Of a DNA stretch of 64,000 nt, positions 36,741 to 48,700 are shown piece by piece. The notes beneath the pieces are model-generated. The model searched no databases, was not told the DNA's origin, and worked only from the letters and a program-made list of their open reading frames with translations. Location: contig OZ024742.1 of assembly GCA_964016885.1 (NCBI GenBank), positions 682,001 through 746,000 on the forward strand. Direction: 5' to 3'. This stretch comes from Eledone cirrhosa. Lineage: Eukaryota. Each line of letters opens with the position of its first letter. Position 1 is the first letter of the stretch. The position numbers and the translations under genes are program-made.

Positions 36741-39700
36741 AAGGTGTTCTGTGGAGGTGTGTGGTCTAGTGGTAAAGGTGTTCTGCAGAGGTGTGTGGTC
36801 TAGTGGTAAAGGTGTTCTGTGGAAGTGTGTGGTCTAGTGGTAAAGGTGTTAGTGGAGGTGTGTGGTCTAGTGGTAAAGGTGTTCTGTGGAGGTGTGTGGT
36901 CTAGTGGTAAAGGTGTTAGTGGAGGTGTGTGGTCTAGTGGTAAAGGTGTTCTGTGGAGGTGTGTGGTCTAGTGGTAAAGGTGTTCTGTGGAGGTGTGTGG
37001 TCTAGTGGTAAAGGTGTTCTGTGGAAGTGTGTGGTCTAGTGGTAAAGGTGTTAGTGGAGGTGTGTGGTCTAGTGGTAAAGGTGTTAGTGGAGGTGTGTGG
37101 TCTAGTGGTAAAGGTGTTAGTGGAGGTGTGTGGTCTAGTGGTAAAGGTGTTAGTGGAGGTGTGTGGTCTAGTGGTAAAGGTGTTAGTGGAGGTGTGTGGT
37201 CTAGTGGTAAAGGTGTTCTGTGGAAGTGTGTGGTCTAGTGGTAAAGGTGTTAGTGGAGGTGTGTGGTCTAGTGGTAAAGGTGTTAGTGGAGGTGTGTGGT
37301 CTAGTGGTAAAGGTGTTAGTGGAGGTGTGTGGTCTAGTGGTAAAGGTGTTCTGTGGAGGTGTGTGGTCTAGTGGTAAAGGTGTTAGTGGAGGTGTGTGGT
37401 CTAGTGGTAAAGGTGTTCTGTGGAGGTGTGTGGTCTAGTGGTAAAGGTGTTCTGTGGAGGTGTGTGGTCTAGTGGTAAAGGTGTTAGTGGAGGTGTGTGG
37501 TCTAGTGGTAAAGGTGTTAGTGGAGGTGTGTGGTCTAGTGGTAAAGGTGTTAGTGGAGGTGTGTGGTCTAGTGGTAAAGGTGTTCTGTGGAGGTGGGTGG
37601 TCTAGTGGTAAAGGTGTTAGTGGAGATGTGTGGTCTAGTGGTAAAGGTGTTCTGTGGAGGTGTGTGGTCTAGTGGTAAAGGTGTTCTGCAGAGGTGTGTG
37701 GTCTAGTGGTAAAGGTGTTAGTGGAGATGTGTGGTCTAGTGGTAAAGGTGTTCTGTGGAGGTGTGTGGTCTAGTGGTAAAGGTGTTCTGCAGAGGTGTGT
37801 GGTCTAGTGGTAAAGGTGTTAGTGGAGGTGTGTGGTCTAGTGGTAAAGGTGTTAGTGGAGGTGTGTGGTCTAGTGGTATAGGTGTTAGTGGAGATGTGTG
37901 GTCTAGTGGTAAAGGTGTTCTGTGGAGGTGTGTGGTCTAGTGGTAAATGTGTTAGTGGAGGTGTGTGGTCTAGTGGTATAGGTGTTAGTGGAGGTGTGTG
38001 GTCTAGTGGTAAAGGTGTTCTGTGGAGGAGTGTGGTCTAGTGGTAAAGGTGTTCTGTAGAGGTGTGTGGTCTGGTGGTAAAGGTGTTCTGTAGGGGTGTG
38101 TGGTCTAGTGGTAAAGGTGTTCTGTGGAGGTGTGTGGTCTAGTGGTAAAGGTGTTAGTGGAGGTGTGTGGCCTAGTGGTAAAGGTGTTCTGTAGAGGTGT
38201 GTGGTCTAGTGGTAAAGGTGTTAGTGGAGGTGTGTGGTCGAGTGGTAAAGGTGTTAGTGGAGGTGTGTGGTCTAGTAGTAAAGGTGTTAGTGGAGGTGTG
38301 TGATCGAGTGGTATAGGTGTTAGGTCTAGTGGTAAAGGTGTTCTGTGGAGGTGTGTGGTCTAGTGGTAAATGTGTTAGTGGAGGTGTGTGGTCTAGTGGT
38401 ATAGGTGTTAGTGGAGGTGTGTGGTCTAGTGGTAAAGGTGTTCTGTGGAGGTGTGTGGTCTAGTGGTAAAGGTGTTCTGTAGAGGTGTGTGGTCTAGTGG
38501 TAAAGGTGTTCTGTAGGGGTGTGTGGTCTAGTGGTAAAGGTGTTAGTGGAGGTGTGTGGTCTAGTGGTAAAGGTGTTAGTGGAGGTGTGTGGTTTAGTGG
38601 TAAAGGTGTTCTGTAGAGGTGTGTGGTCTAGTGGTAAAGGTGTTCTGTGGAGATGTGTGGTCTAGTGGTAAAGGTGTTAGTGGAGGTGTGTGGCCTAGTG
38701 GTAAAGGTGTTCTGTAGAGGTGTGTGGTCTAGTGGTAAAGGTGTTAGTGGAGGTGTGTGGTCTAGTGGTAAAGGTGTTAGTGGAGGTGTGTGGCCTAGTG
38801 GTAAAGGTATTCTGTGGAGGTGTGTGGTCTAGTGGAAAAGGTGTTCTGTGGAGGTGTGTGGTCTAGTGGTAAAGGTGTTCTGTGGAGGTGTGTGGTCTAG
38901 TGGTAAAGGTGTTCTGTAGAGGTGTGTGGTCTAGTGGTAAAGGTGTTCTGTAGAGGTGTGTGGTCTAGTGGTAAAGGTGTTAGTGGAGATGTGTGGCCTA
39001 GTGGTAAAGGTATTCTGTGGAGGTGTGTGGTCTAGTGGTAAAGGTGTTCTGTGGAGGTGTGTGGTCTAGTGGTAAAGGTGTTCTGTAGAGGTGTGTGGTC
39101 TAGTGGTAAAGGTGTTCTGTAGAGGTGTGTGGTCTAGTGGTAAAGGTGTTAGTGGAGATGTGTGGTCTAGTGGTAAAGGTGTTAGTGGAGGTGTGTGGTC
39201 TAGTGGTAAAGGTGTTCTGTAGAGGTGTGTGGTCTAGTGGTAAAGGTGTTAGTGGAGGTGTGTGGTCTAGTGGTAAAGGTGTTAGTGGAGGTGTGTGGTC
39301 TAGTAGTAAAGGTGTTAGTGGAGGTGTGTGATCTAGTGGTATAGCTGTTAGTGGAGATGTGTGGTCTAGTGGTAAAGGTGTTCTGTGGAGGTGTGTGGTC
39401 TAGTGGTAAATGTGTTAGTGGAGGTGTGTGGTCTAGTGGTATAGGTGTTAGTGGAGGTGTGTGGTCTAGTGGTAAAGGTGTTCTGTGGAGGAGTGTGGTC
39501 TAGTGGTAAAGGTGTTCTGTAGAGGTGTGTGGTCTAGTGGTAAAGGTGTTCTGTAGGGGTGTGTGGTCTAGTGGTAAAGGTGTTCTGTGGAGGTGTGTGG
39601 TCTAGTGGTAAAGGTGTTAGTGGAGGTGTGTGGTCTAGTGGTAAAGGTGTTCTGTAGAGGTGTGTGGTCTAGTGGTAAAGGTGTTAGTGGAGGTGTGTGG

Positions 39701-42700
39701 TCTAGTGGTAAAGGTGTTAGTGGAGGTGTGTGGTCTAGTAGTAAAGGTGTTAGTGGAGGTGTGTGGTTTAGTGGTAAAGGTGTTCTGTAGAGGTGTGTGG
39801 TCTAGTGGTAAAGGTGTTCTGTGGAGGTGTGTGGTCTAGTGGTAAAGGTGTTAGTGGAGGTGTGTGGCCTAGTGGTAAAGGTGTTCTGTAGAGGTGTGTG
39901 GTCTAGTGGTAAAGGTGTTAGTGGAGATGTGTGGTCTAGTGGTAAAGGTGTTAGTGGAGGTGTGTGGCCTAGTGGTAAAGGTATTCTGTGGAGGTGTGTG
40001 GTCTAGTGGAAAAGGTGTTCTGTGGAGGTGTGTGGTCTAGTGGTAAAGGTGTTCTGTGGAGGTGTGTGGTCTAGTGGTAAAGGTGTTCTGTAGAGGTGTG
40101 TGGTCTAGTGGTAAAGGTGTTAGTGGAGATGTGTGGCCTAGTGGTAAAAGTATTCTGTGGAGGTGTGTGGTCTAGTGGTAAAGGTGTTCTGTGGAGGTGT
40201 GTGGTCTAGTGGTAAAGGTGTTCTGTGGAGGTGTGTGGTCTAGTGGTAGAGGTGTTCTGTAGAGGTGTGTGGTCTAGTGGTAAAGGTGTTAGTGGAGATG
40301 TGTGGTCTAGTGGTAAAGGTGTTAGTGGAGGTGTGTGGTCTAGTGGTAAAGGTGTTAGTGGAGGTGTGTGGTTTAGTGGTAAAGGTGTTCTGTAGAGGTG
40401 TGTGGTCTAGTGGTAAAGGTGTTCTGTGGAGGTGTGTGGTCTAGAGGTAAAGGTGTTAGTGGAGGTGTGTGGTCTAGTGGTAAAGGTGTTCTGTGGAGGT
40501 GTGTGGTCTAGTGGTAAAGGTGTTCTGTGGAGGTGTGTGGTCTAGTGGTAAAGGTGTTAGTGGAGGTGTGTGATCTAGTGGTAAAGGCGTTAGTGGAGGT
40601 GTGTGGTCTAGTGGTAAAGTTGTTCTGTAGAGGTGTGTGGTCTAGTGGTATAGGTGTTCTGTGGAGGTGTGTGGTCTAGTGGTATAGGGGTTCTGTGGAG
40701 GTGTGTGGTCTAGTGGTATAGGTGTTCTGTGGAGGTGTGTGGTCTAGTGGTAAAGGTGTTAGTGGAGGTGTGTGGTCTAGTCGTAAAGGTGTTCTGTAGA
40801 GGTGTGTGGTCTAGTGGTAAAGGTGTGTGGTCTAGTGGTAAAGGTGTTAGTGGAGGTGTGTGGCCTAGTGGTAAAGGTGTTCTGTGGAGGTGTGTGGTCT
40901 AGTGGTAAAGGTGTGTGGTCTAGTGGTAAAGGTGTTAGTGGAGGTGTGTGGTCTAGTGGTAAAGGTGTTCTGTGGAGGTGTGTGGTCTAGTGGTAAAGGT
41001 GTTAGTGGAGGTGTGTGGACTAGTGGTAAAGGTGTTCTGTGGAGGTGTGTGGTCTAGTGGTAAAGGTGTTCTGTGGAGGTGTGTGGTCTAGTGGTAAAGG
41101 TGTTCTGTGTAGGTGTGTGGTCTAGTGGTAAAGGTGTTAGTGGAGTTGTGTGGTCTAGTGGTAAAGGTGTTCTGTAGAGGTGTGTGGTCTAGTGGTAAAG
41201 GTGTTCTGTGGAGGTGTGTGGTCTAGTGGTAAAGGTGTTAGTGGAGGTGTGTGGTCTAGTGGTAAAGGTGTTCTGTAGAGGTGTGTGGTCTAGTGGTAAA
41301 GGTGTTCTGTGGAGGTGTGTGGTCTAGTGGTAAAGGTGTTCTGTGGAGGTGTGTGGTCTAGTGGTAAAGGTGTTCTGTAGAGGTGTGTGGTCTAGTGGTA
41401 AAGGTGTTAGTGGAGATGTGTGGCCTAGTGGTAGAAGTATTCTGTGGAGGTGTGTGGTCTAGTGGTAAAGGTGTTCTGCGGAGATGTGTGGTCTAGTGGT
41501 AAAGGTGTTCTGTGGAGGTGTGTGGTCTAGTGGTAAAGGTGTTCTGTAGAGGTGTGTGGTCTAGTGGTAAAGGTGTTAGTGGAGATGTGTGGTCTAGTGG
41601 TAAAGGTGTTAGTGGAGGTGTGTGGTCTAGTGGTAAAGGTGTTAGTGGAGGTGTGTGGTTTAGTGGTAAAGGTGTTCTGTAGAGGTGTGTGGTCTAGTGG
41701 TAAAGGTGTTCTGTGGAGGTGTGTGGTCTACAGGTAAAGGTGTTAGTGGAGGTGTGTGGTCTAGTGGTAAAGGTGTTCTGTGGAGGTGTGTGGTCTAGTG
41801 GTAAAGGTGTTCTGTGGAGGTGTGTGGTCTAGTGGTAAAGGTGTTCTGTGGAGGTGTGTGGTCTAGTGGTAAAGGTGTTCTTTGCAGGTGTGTGGTCTAG
41901 TGGTAAAGGTGTTAGTGGAGTTGTGTGGTCTAGTGGTAAAGGTGTTCTGTAGAGGTGTGTGGTCTAGTGGTAAAGGTGTTCTGTGGAGGTGTGTGGTCTA
42001 GTGGTAAAGGTGTTAGTGGAGGTGTGTGGTCTAGTGGTAAAGGTGTTCTGTGGAGGTGTGTGGTCTAGTGGTAAAGGTGTTCTGTGGAGGTGTGTGGTCT
42101 AGTGGTAAAGGTGTTCTGTGGAGGTGTGTGGTCTAGTGGTAAAAGTGTTCTTTGCAGGTGTGTGGTCTAGTGGTAAAGGTGTTAGTGGAGTTGTGTGGTC
42201 TAGTGGTAAAGGTGTTCTGTAGAGGTGTGTGGTCTAGTGGTAAAGGTGTTCTGTGGAGGTGTGTGGTCTAGTGGTAAAGGTGTTAGTGGAGGTGTGTGGT
42301 CTAGTGGTAAAGGTGTTCTGTAGAGGTGTGTGGTCTAGTGGTAAAGGTGTTCTGTGGAGGTGTGTGGTCTAGTGGTAAAGGTGTTCTGTGGAGGTGTGTG
42401 GTCTAGTGGTAAAGGTGTTCTGTAGAGGTGTGTGGTCTAGTGGTAAAGGTGTTAGTGGAGATGTGTGGCCTAGTGGTAGAAGTATTCTGTGGAGGTGTGT
42501 GGTCTAGTGGTAAAGGTGTTCTGCGGAGATGTGTGGTCTAGTGGTAAAGGTGTTCTGTGGAGGTGTGTGGTCTAGTGGTAAAGGTGTTCTGTAGAGGTGT
42601 GTGGTCTAGTGGTAAAGGTGTTAGTGGAGATGTGTGGTCTAGTGGTAAAGGTGTTAGTGGAGGTGTGTGGTCTAGTGGTAAAGGTGTTAGTGGAGGTGTG

Positions 42701-45700
42701 TGGTTTAGTGGTAAAGGTGTTCTGTAGAGGTGTGTGGTCTAGTGGTAAAGGTGTTCTGTGGAGGTGTGTGGTCTACAGGTAAAGGTGTTAGTGGAGGTGT
42801 GTGGTCTAGTGGTAAAGGTGTTCTGTGGAGGTGTGTGGTCTAGTGGTAAAGGTGTTCTGTGGAGGTGTGTGGTCTAGTGGTAAAGGTGTTAGTGGAGGTG
42901 TGTGATCTAGTGGTAAAGGCGTTAGTGGATGTGTGTGGTCTAGTGGTAAAGTTGTTCTGTAGAGGTGTGTGGTCTAGTGGTATAGGTGTTCTGTGGAGGT
43001 GTGTGGTCTAGTGGTATAGGTGTTCTGTGGAGGTGTGTGGTCTAGTGGTATAGGTGTTCTGTGGAGGTGTGTGGTCTAGTGGTAAAGGTGTTAGTGGAGG
43101 TGTGTGGTCTAGTCGTAAAGGTGTTCTGTAGAGGTGTGTGGTCTAGTGGTAAAGGTGTTCTGTGGAGGTGTGTGGTCTAGTGGTAAAGGTGTTAGTGGAG
43201 GTGTGTGGTCTAGTGGTAAAGGTGTTAGTGGAGGTGTGTGGTCTAGTGGTAAAGGTGTTCTGTAGATGTGTGTGGTCTAGTGGTAAAGATGTTTGGTCTA
43301 GTGGTAAAGGTGTTAGTGGAGGTGTGTGGCCTAGTGGTAAAGGTGTTCTGTGGAGGTGTGTGGTCTAGTGGTAAAGGTGTGTGGTCTAGTGGTAAAGGTG
43401 TTAGTGGAGGTGTGTGGTCTAGTGGTAAAGGTGTTTTGTGGAGGTGTGTGGTCTAGTGGTAAAGGTGTTAGTGGAGGTGTGTGGACTAGTGGTAAAGGTG
43501 TTCTGTGGAGGTGTGTGGTCTAGTGGTAAAGGTGTTCTGTGGAGGTGTGTGGTCTAGTGGTAAAGGTGTTGTGTAGGTGTGTGGTCTAGTGGTAAAGGTG
43601 TTAGTGGAGGTGTGTGGTCTAGTGGTAAATGTGTTCTTTGCAGGTGTGTGGTCTAGTGGTAAAGGTGTTAGTGGAGTTGTGTGGTCTAGTGGTAAAGGTG
43701 TTCTGTAGAGGTGTGTGGTCTAGTGGTAAAGGTGTTCTGTGGAGGTGTGTGGTCTAGTGGTAAAGGTGTTCTGTGGAGGTGTGTGGTCTAGTGGTAAAGG
43801 TGTTAGTGGAGGTGTGTGGTCTAGTGGTAAAGGTGTTCTGTAGAGGTGTGTGGTCTAGTGGTAAAGGTGTTCTGTGGAGGTGTGTGGTCTAGTGGTAAAG
43901 GTCTTCTGTGGAAGTGTGTGGTCTAGTGGTAAAGGTGTTAGTGGAGGTGTGTGGTCTAGTGGTAAAGGTGTTCTGTGGAGGTGTGTGGTCTAGTAGTAAA
44001 GGTGTTCTGTGGAGGTGTGTGGTCTCGTGGTAAAGGTGTTCTGTGGAGGTGCGTGGTCTAGTGGTAAAGGTATTCTGTGGAGGTGTGTGGTCTAGTGGTA
44101 AAGGTGTTCTGTAGAGGTGTGTGGTCTAGTTGTAAAGGTGTTTGTGGAGGTGTGTGGCCTAGTGGTAAAGGTGTTCTGTGGAGGTGTGTGGTCTCGTGGT
44201 AAAGGTGTTCTGTAAAGGTGTGTGGTCTAGTGGTAAATGTCTTCTGTAGAGGTGTGTTGTCTCGTGGTAAAGGTGTTCTGTAGAGGTGTGTGGTCTAGTG
44301 GTAAAGGTATTCTGTAGAGGTGTGTGGTCTAGTGGTAAAGGTGTTCTGTGGAGGTGTGTGGTCTAGTAGTAAAGGTGTTCTGTGGAGGTGTGTGGTCTCG
44401 TGGTAAAGGTGTTCTGTGGAGGTGCGTGGTCTAGTGGTAAAGGTATTGTGGAGGTGTGTGGTCTAGTGGTAAAGGTGTTAGAGGAGGTGTGTGGTCTAGT
44501 GGTAAAGGTGTTAGTGGAGGTGCGTGGTCTAGTGGTATAGGTGTTAGTGGAGGTGCGTGGTCTAGTAGTAAAGGTGTTCTGTGGAGGTGTGTGGTCTAGT
44601 GGTAAAGGTGTTCTGTGGAGGTGTGTGATCTAGTGGTAAAGGTGTTCTGTGGAGGTGTGTGATCTAGTGGTAAAGGTGTTCTGTGGAGGTGTGTGGTCTA
44701 GTGGTAAAGGTGTTCTGTGGAGGTGTGTGGTCTAGTGGTAAAGGTGTTAGTGGAGATGTGTTGTCTAGTCGTAAAGGTGTGTGGTCTAGTGGTAAAGGTG
44801 TTCTGTGGAGGTGTGTGGTCTAGTGGTAAAGGTGTTCTGTGGAGGTGTGTGGTCTAGTGGTAAAGGTGTTAGTGGAGGTGTGTGGTCTAGTGGTAAAGGT
44901 GTTAGTGGAGATGTGTGGTTTAGTGGTAAAGGTGTTCTGTAGAGGTGTGTGGTCTAGTGGTAAAGGTGTTCTGTGGCGGTGTGTGGTCTAGTGGTAAAGG
45001 TGTTAATGGAGGTGTGTGGTCTAGTGGTAAAGGTGTGTGGTCTAGTGGTAAAGGTGTTCTGTGGCGGTGTGTAGTCTAGTGGTAAAGGTGTTCTGTGGAG
45101 GTGTGTGGTCTAGTGGTAAAGGTGTTAGTGGAGGTGTGTGGTTTAGTGGTAAAGGTGTTCTGTAGAGGTGTGTGGTCTAGTGGTAAAGGTGTTCTGTGGA
45201 GGTGTGTGGTCTAGTGGTATAGGTGTTCTGTGGAGGTCTGTGGTCTAGTGGTAAAGGTGTTAGTGGAGGTGTGTGGTCTAGTGGTAAAGGTGTTCTGTAG
45301 AGGTGTGTGGTCTAGTGGTAAAGGTGTTAGTGGAGGTGTGTGGTCTAGTGGTAAAGGTGTTAGTGGAGGTGTGTGGTCTAGTGGTAAAGGTGTTCTGGAG
45401 AGGTGTGTGGTCTAGTGGTAAAGGTGTTCTGTGGAGGTGTGTGGTCTAGTGGTAAAGGTGTTGTGTGGAGGTGTGTGGTCTAGTGGTAAAGGTGTTAGTA
45501 GAGGTGTGTGGTCTAGTGGTAAAGGTGTTCTGTGGATGTGTGTGGTCTAGTGGTATAGGTGTTAGTGGAGGTGTGTGTTCTAGTGGTAAAGGTGTTCTGT
45601 AGAGGTGTGTGGTCTAGTGGTAAAGGTGTGTGGTCTAGTGGTAAAGGTGTTAGTGGAGGTGTGTGGCCTAGTGGAAAAGGTGTTCTGTGGAGGTGTGTGG

Positions 45701-48700
45701 TCTAGTGGTAAAGGTGTGTGGTCTAGTGGTAAAGGTGTTCTGTGGAGGTGTGTGGTCTAGTGGTAAAGGTGTTCTGTAGAGGTGTGTGGTCTAGTGGTAT
45801 AGGTGTTAGTGGAGGTGTGTGGTCTAGTGGTAAAGGTGTTTTGTAGAGGTGTGTGGTCTAGTGGTATAGGTGTTCTGTGGAGGTGTGTGGTCTAGTGGTA
45901 TAGGTGTTCTGTGGAGGTGTGTGGTCTAGTGGTAAAGGTGTTCTGTAGAGGTGTGTGGTCTAGTGGTAAAGGTGTTAGTGGAGGTGTGTGGTCTAGTGGT
46001 AAAGGTGTTCTGTAGAGGTTTGTGGTATAGTGGTAAAGGTGTTCTGTGGAGGTGTGTGGTCTAGTGGTAAAGGTGTTCTTTGGAGGTGTGTGGTCTAGTG
46101 GTAAAGGTGTTAGTGGAGGTGTGTGGTCTAGTGGTAAAGGTGTTAGTGGAGGTGTGTGGTCTAGTGGTAAAGGTGTTCTGCAGAGGTGTGTGGTCTAGTG
46201 GTAAAGGTGTTCTGTGGAGGTGTGTGGTCTAGTGGTAAAGGTGTTAGTGGAGGTGTGTGGCCTAGAGGTAAAGGTGTTCTGTGGAGGTGGGGTCTAGTGG
46301 TAAAGGTGTTCTGTGGAGGTGTGTGGTCTAGTGGTAAAGGTGTTCTGTGGAGGTGTGTGTTCTAGTGGTAAAGGTGTTAGTGGAGGTGCGTGGTCTAGTG
46401 GTAAAGGTGTTCTGTAGAGGTGTGTGGTCTAGTGGTAAAGGTGTTAGTGGAGGTGTGTGGCCTAGTGGTAAAGGTGTTCTGTGGAGGTGTGTGGTCTGGT
46501 GGCAAAGGTGTTCTGTAAAGGTGTGTGGTCTAGTGGTAAATGTGTTCTGTAGAGGTGTGTGGTCTAGTAGTAAAGGTGTTCTGTAGAGGTGTGTGGTCTA
46601 GTGGTAAAGGTCTTCTGTAGATGTGTGGCCTAGTGGTAAAGGTGTTAGTGGAGGTGTGTGGTCTAGTGGTAAAGGTGTTCTGTAGAGGTGTGTGGTCTAG
46701 TGGTATAGGTGTTAGTGGAGGTGTGTGGTCTAGTGGTAAAGGTGTTCTGTAGAGGTGTGTGGTCTAGTGGTAAAGGTGTGTGGTCTAGTGGTAAAGGTGT
46801 TAGTGGAGGTGTGTGGCCTAGTGGTAAAGGTGTTCTGTGGAGGTGTGTGGTCTAGTGGTAAAGGTGTGTGGTCTAGTGGTAAAGGTGTTCTGTGGAGGTG
46901 TGTGGTCTAGTGGTAAAGGTGTTCTGTAGAGGTGTGTGGTCTAGTGGTTTAGGTGTTCTGTGGAGGTGTGTGGTCTAGTGGTATAGGTGTTCTGTGGAGG
47001 TGTGTGGTCTAGTGGTAAAGGTGTTCTGTAGAGGTGTGTGGTCTAGTGGTAAAGGTGTTAGTGGTGTGTGGTCTAGTGGTAAAGGTGTTCTGTAGAGGTT
47101 TGTGGTAAAGGTATTCTGTGGAGGTGTGTGGTCTAGTGGTAAAGGTGTTAGTGGAGGTGTGTGGTCTAGTGGTAAAGGTGTTCTGTAGAGGTGTGTGGTC
47201 TAGTGGTAAAGGTGTTAGTGGAGGTGTGTGGTCTAGTGGTAAAGGTGTTAGTGGAGGTCTGTGGTCTAGTGGTAAAGGTGTTCTGTGTAGGTGTGTGGTC
47301 TAGTGGTAAAGGTGTTAGTGGATGTGTGTGGTCTAGTGGTAAAGGTGTTCTGTGGAGGTGTGTGGTCTAGTGGTAAAGCTGTTAGTGGAGGTGTGTGGTC
47401 TAGTGGTAAAGGTGTTCTGTGTAGGTGTGTGGTCTAGTGGTAAAGGTGTTCGTGGAAGTGTGTGGTCTAGTGGTAAAGGTGTTAGTGGAGGTGTGTGGGC
47501 TAGTGGTAAAGGTGTTCTGTGGAGGTGTGTGGTCTAGTGGTAAAGGTCTTCTGTGGAAGTGTGTGGTCTAGTGGTAAAGGTGTTAGTGGAGGTGTGTGAC
47601 CTAGTGGTAAAGGTGTTCTGTGGAGGTGTGGTCTAGCGGTAAAGGTGTACTGTGGAGGTGTGTGGTCTAGTGGTAAAGGTGTTCTGTAGAGGTGTGTGGT
47701 CTAGTTGTAAAGGTGTTAGTGGAGGTGTGTGGCCTAGTGGTAAAGGTGTTCTGTGGAGGTGTGTGGTCTCGTGGTAAATGTCTTCTGTAGAGGTGTGTTG
47801 TCTCGTGGTAAAGGTGTTCTGTAGAGGTGTGGTCTAGTGGTAAAGGTATTCTGTAGAGGTGTGTGGTCTAGTGGTAAAGGTGTTAGTGGAGGTGTGTGGT
47901 CTAGTGGTAAAGGTGTTAGTGGAGGTGTGTTGTCTAGTGGTATAGGTGTTAGTGGAGGTGTGTGGTCTAGTGGTAAAGGTGTTCTGTAGAGGTGTGTGGT
48001 CTAGTGGTAAAGGTGTTCTGTGGAGGTGTGTGGTCTAGTGGTAAAGGTGTTCTGTGGAGGTGTGTGGTCTAGTGGTAAAGGTGTTAGTGGAGGTGTGTGG
48101 TCTAGTGGTAAAGGTGTTAGTGGAGATGTGTGGTTTAGTGGTAAAGGTGTTCTGTAGAGGTGTGTGGTCTAGTGGTAAAGGTGTTCTGTGGCGGTGTGTG
48201 GTCTAGTGGTAAAGGTGTTAGTGGAGGTGTGTGGTCTAGTGGTAAAGGTGTTCTGTGGCGGTGTGTGGTCTAGTGGTAAAGGCGTTCTGTGGAGGTGTGT
48301 GGTCTAGTGGTAAAGGTGTTAGTGGAGGTGTGTGGTTTAGTGGTAAAGGTGTTCTGTAGAGGTGTGTGGTCTAGTGGTAAATGTGTTCTGTGGAGGTGTG
48401 TGGTCTAGTGGTAAAGGTGTTAGTGGAGGTGTGTGGTCTAGTGGTAAAGGTGTTCTGTGGAGGTGTGTGATCTAGTGGTAAAGGTGTTAGTGGAGGTGTG
48501 TGGTCTAGTGGTAAAGGTGTTAGTGGAGGTGTGTGGTTTAGTGGTAAAGGTGTTCTGTAGAGGTGTGTGGTCTAGTGGTAAAGGTGTTCTGTGGTCTAGT
48601 GGTAAAGGTGTTAGTGGAGGTGTGTGGTCTAGTGGTAAAGGTGTTCTGTAGAGGTGTGTGGTCTAGTGGTAAAGGTGTGTGGTCTAGTGGTAAAGGTGTT

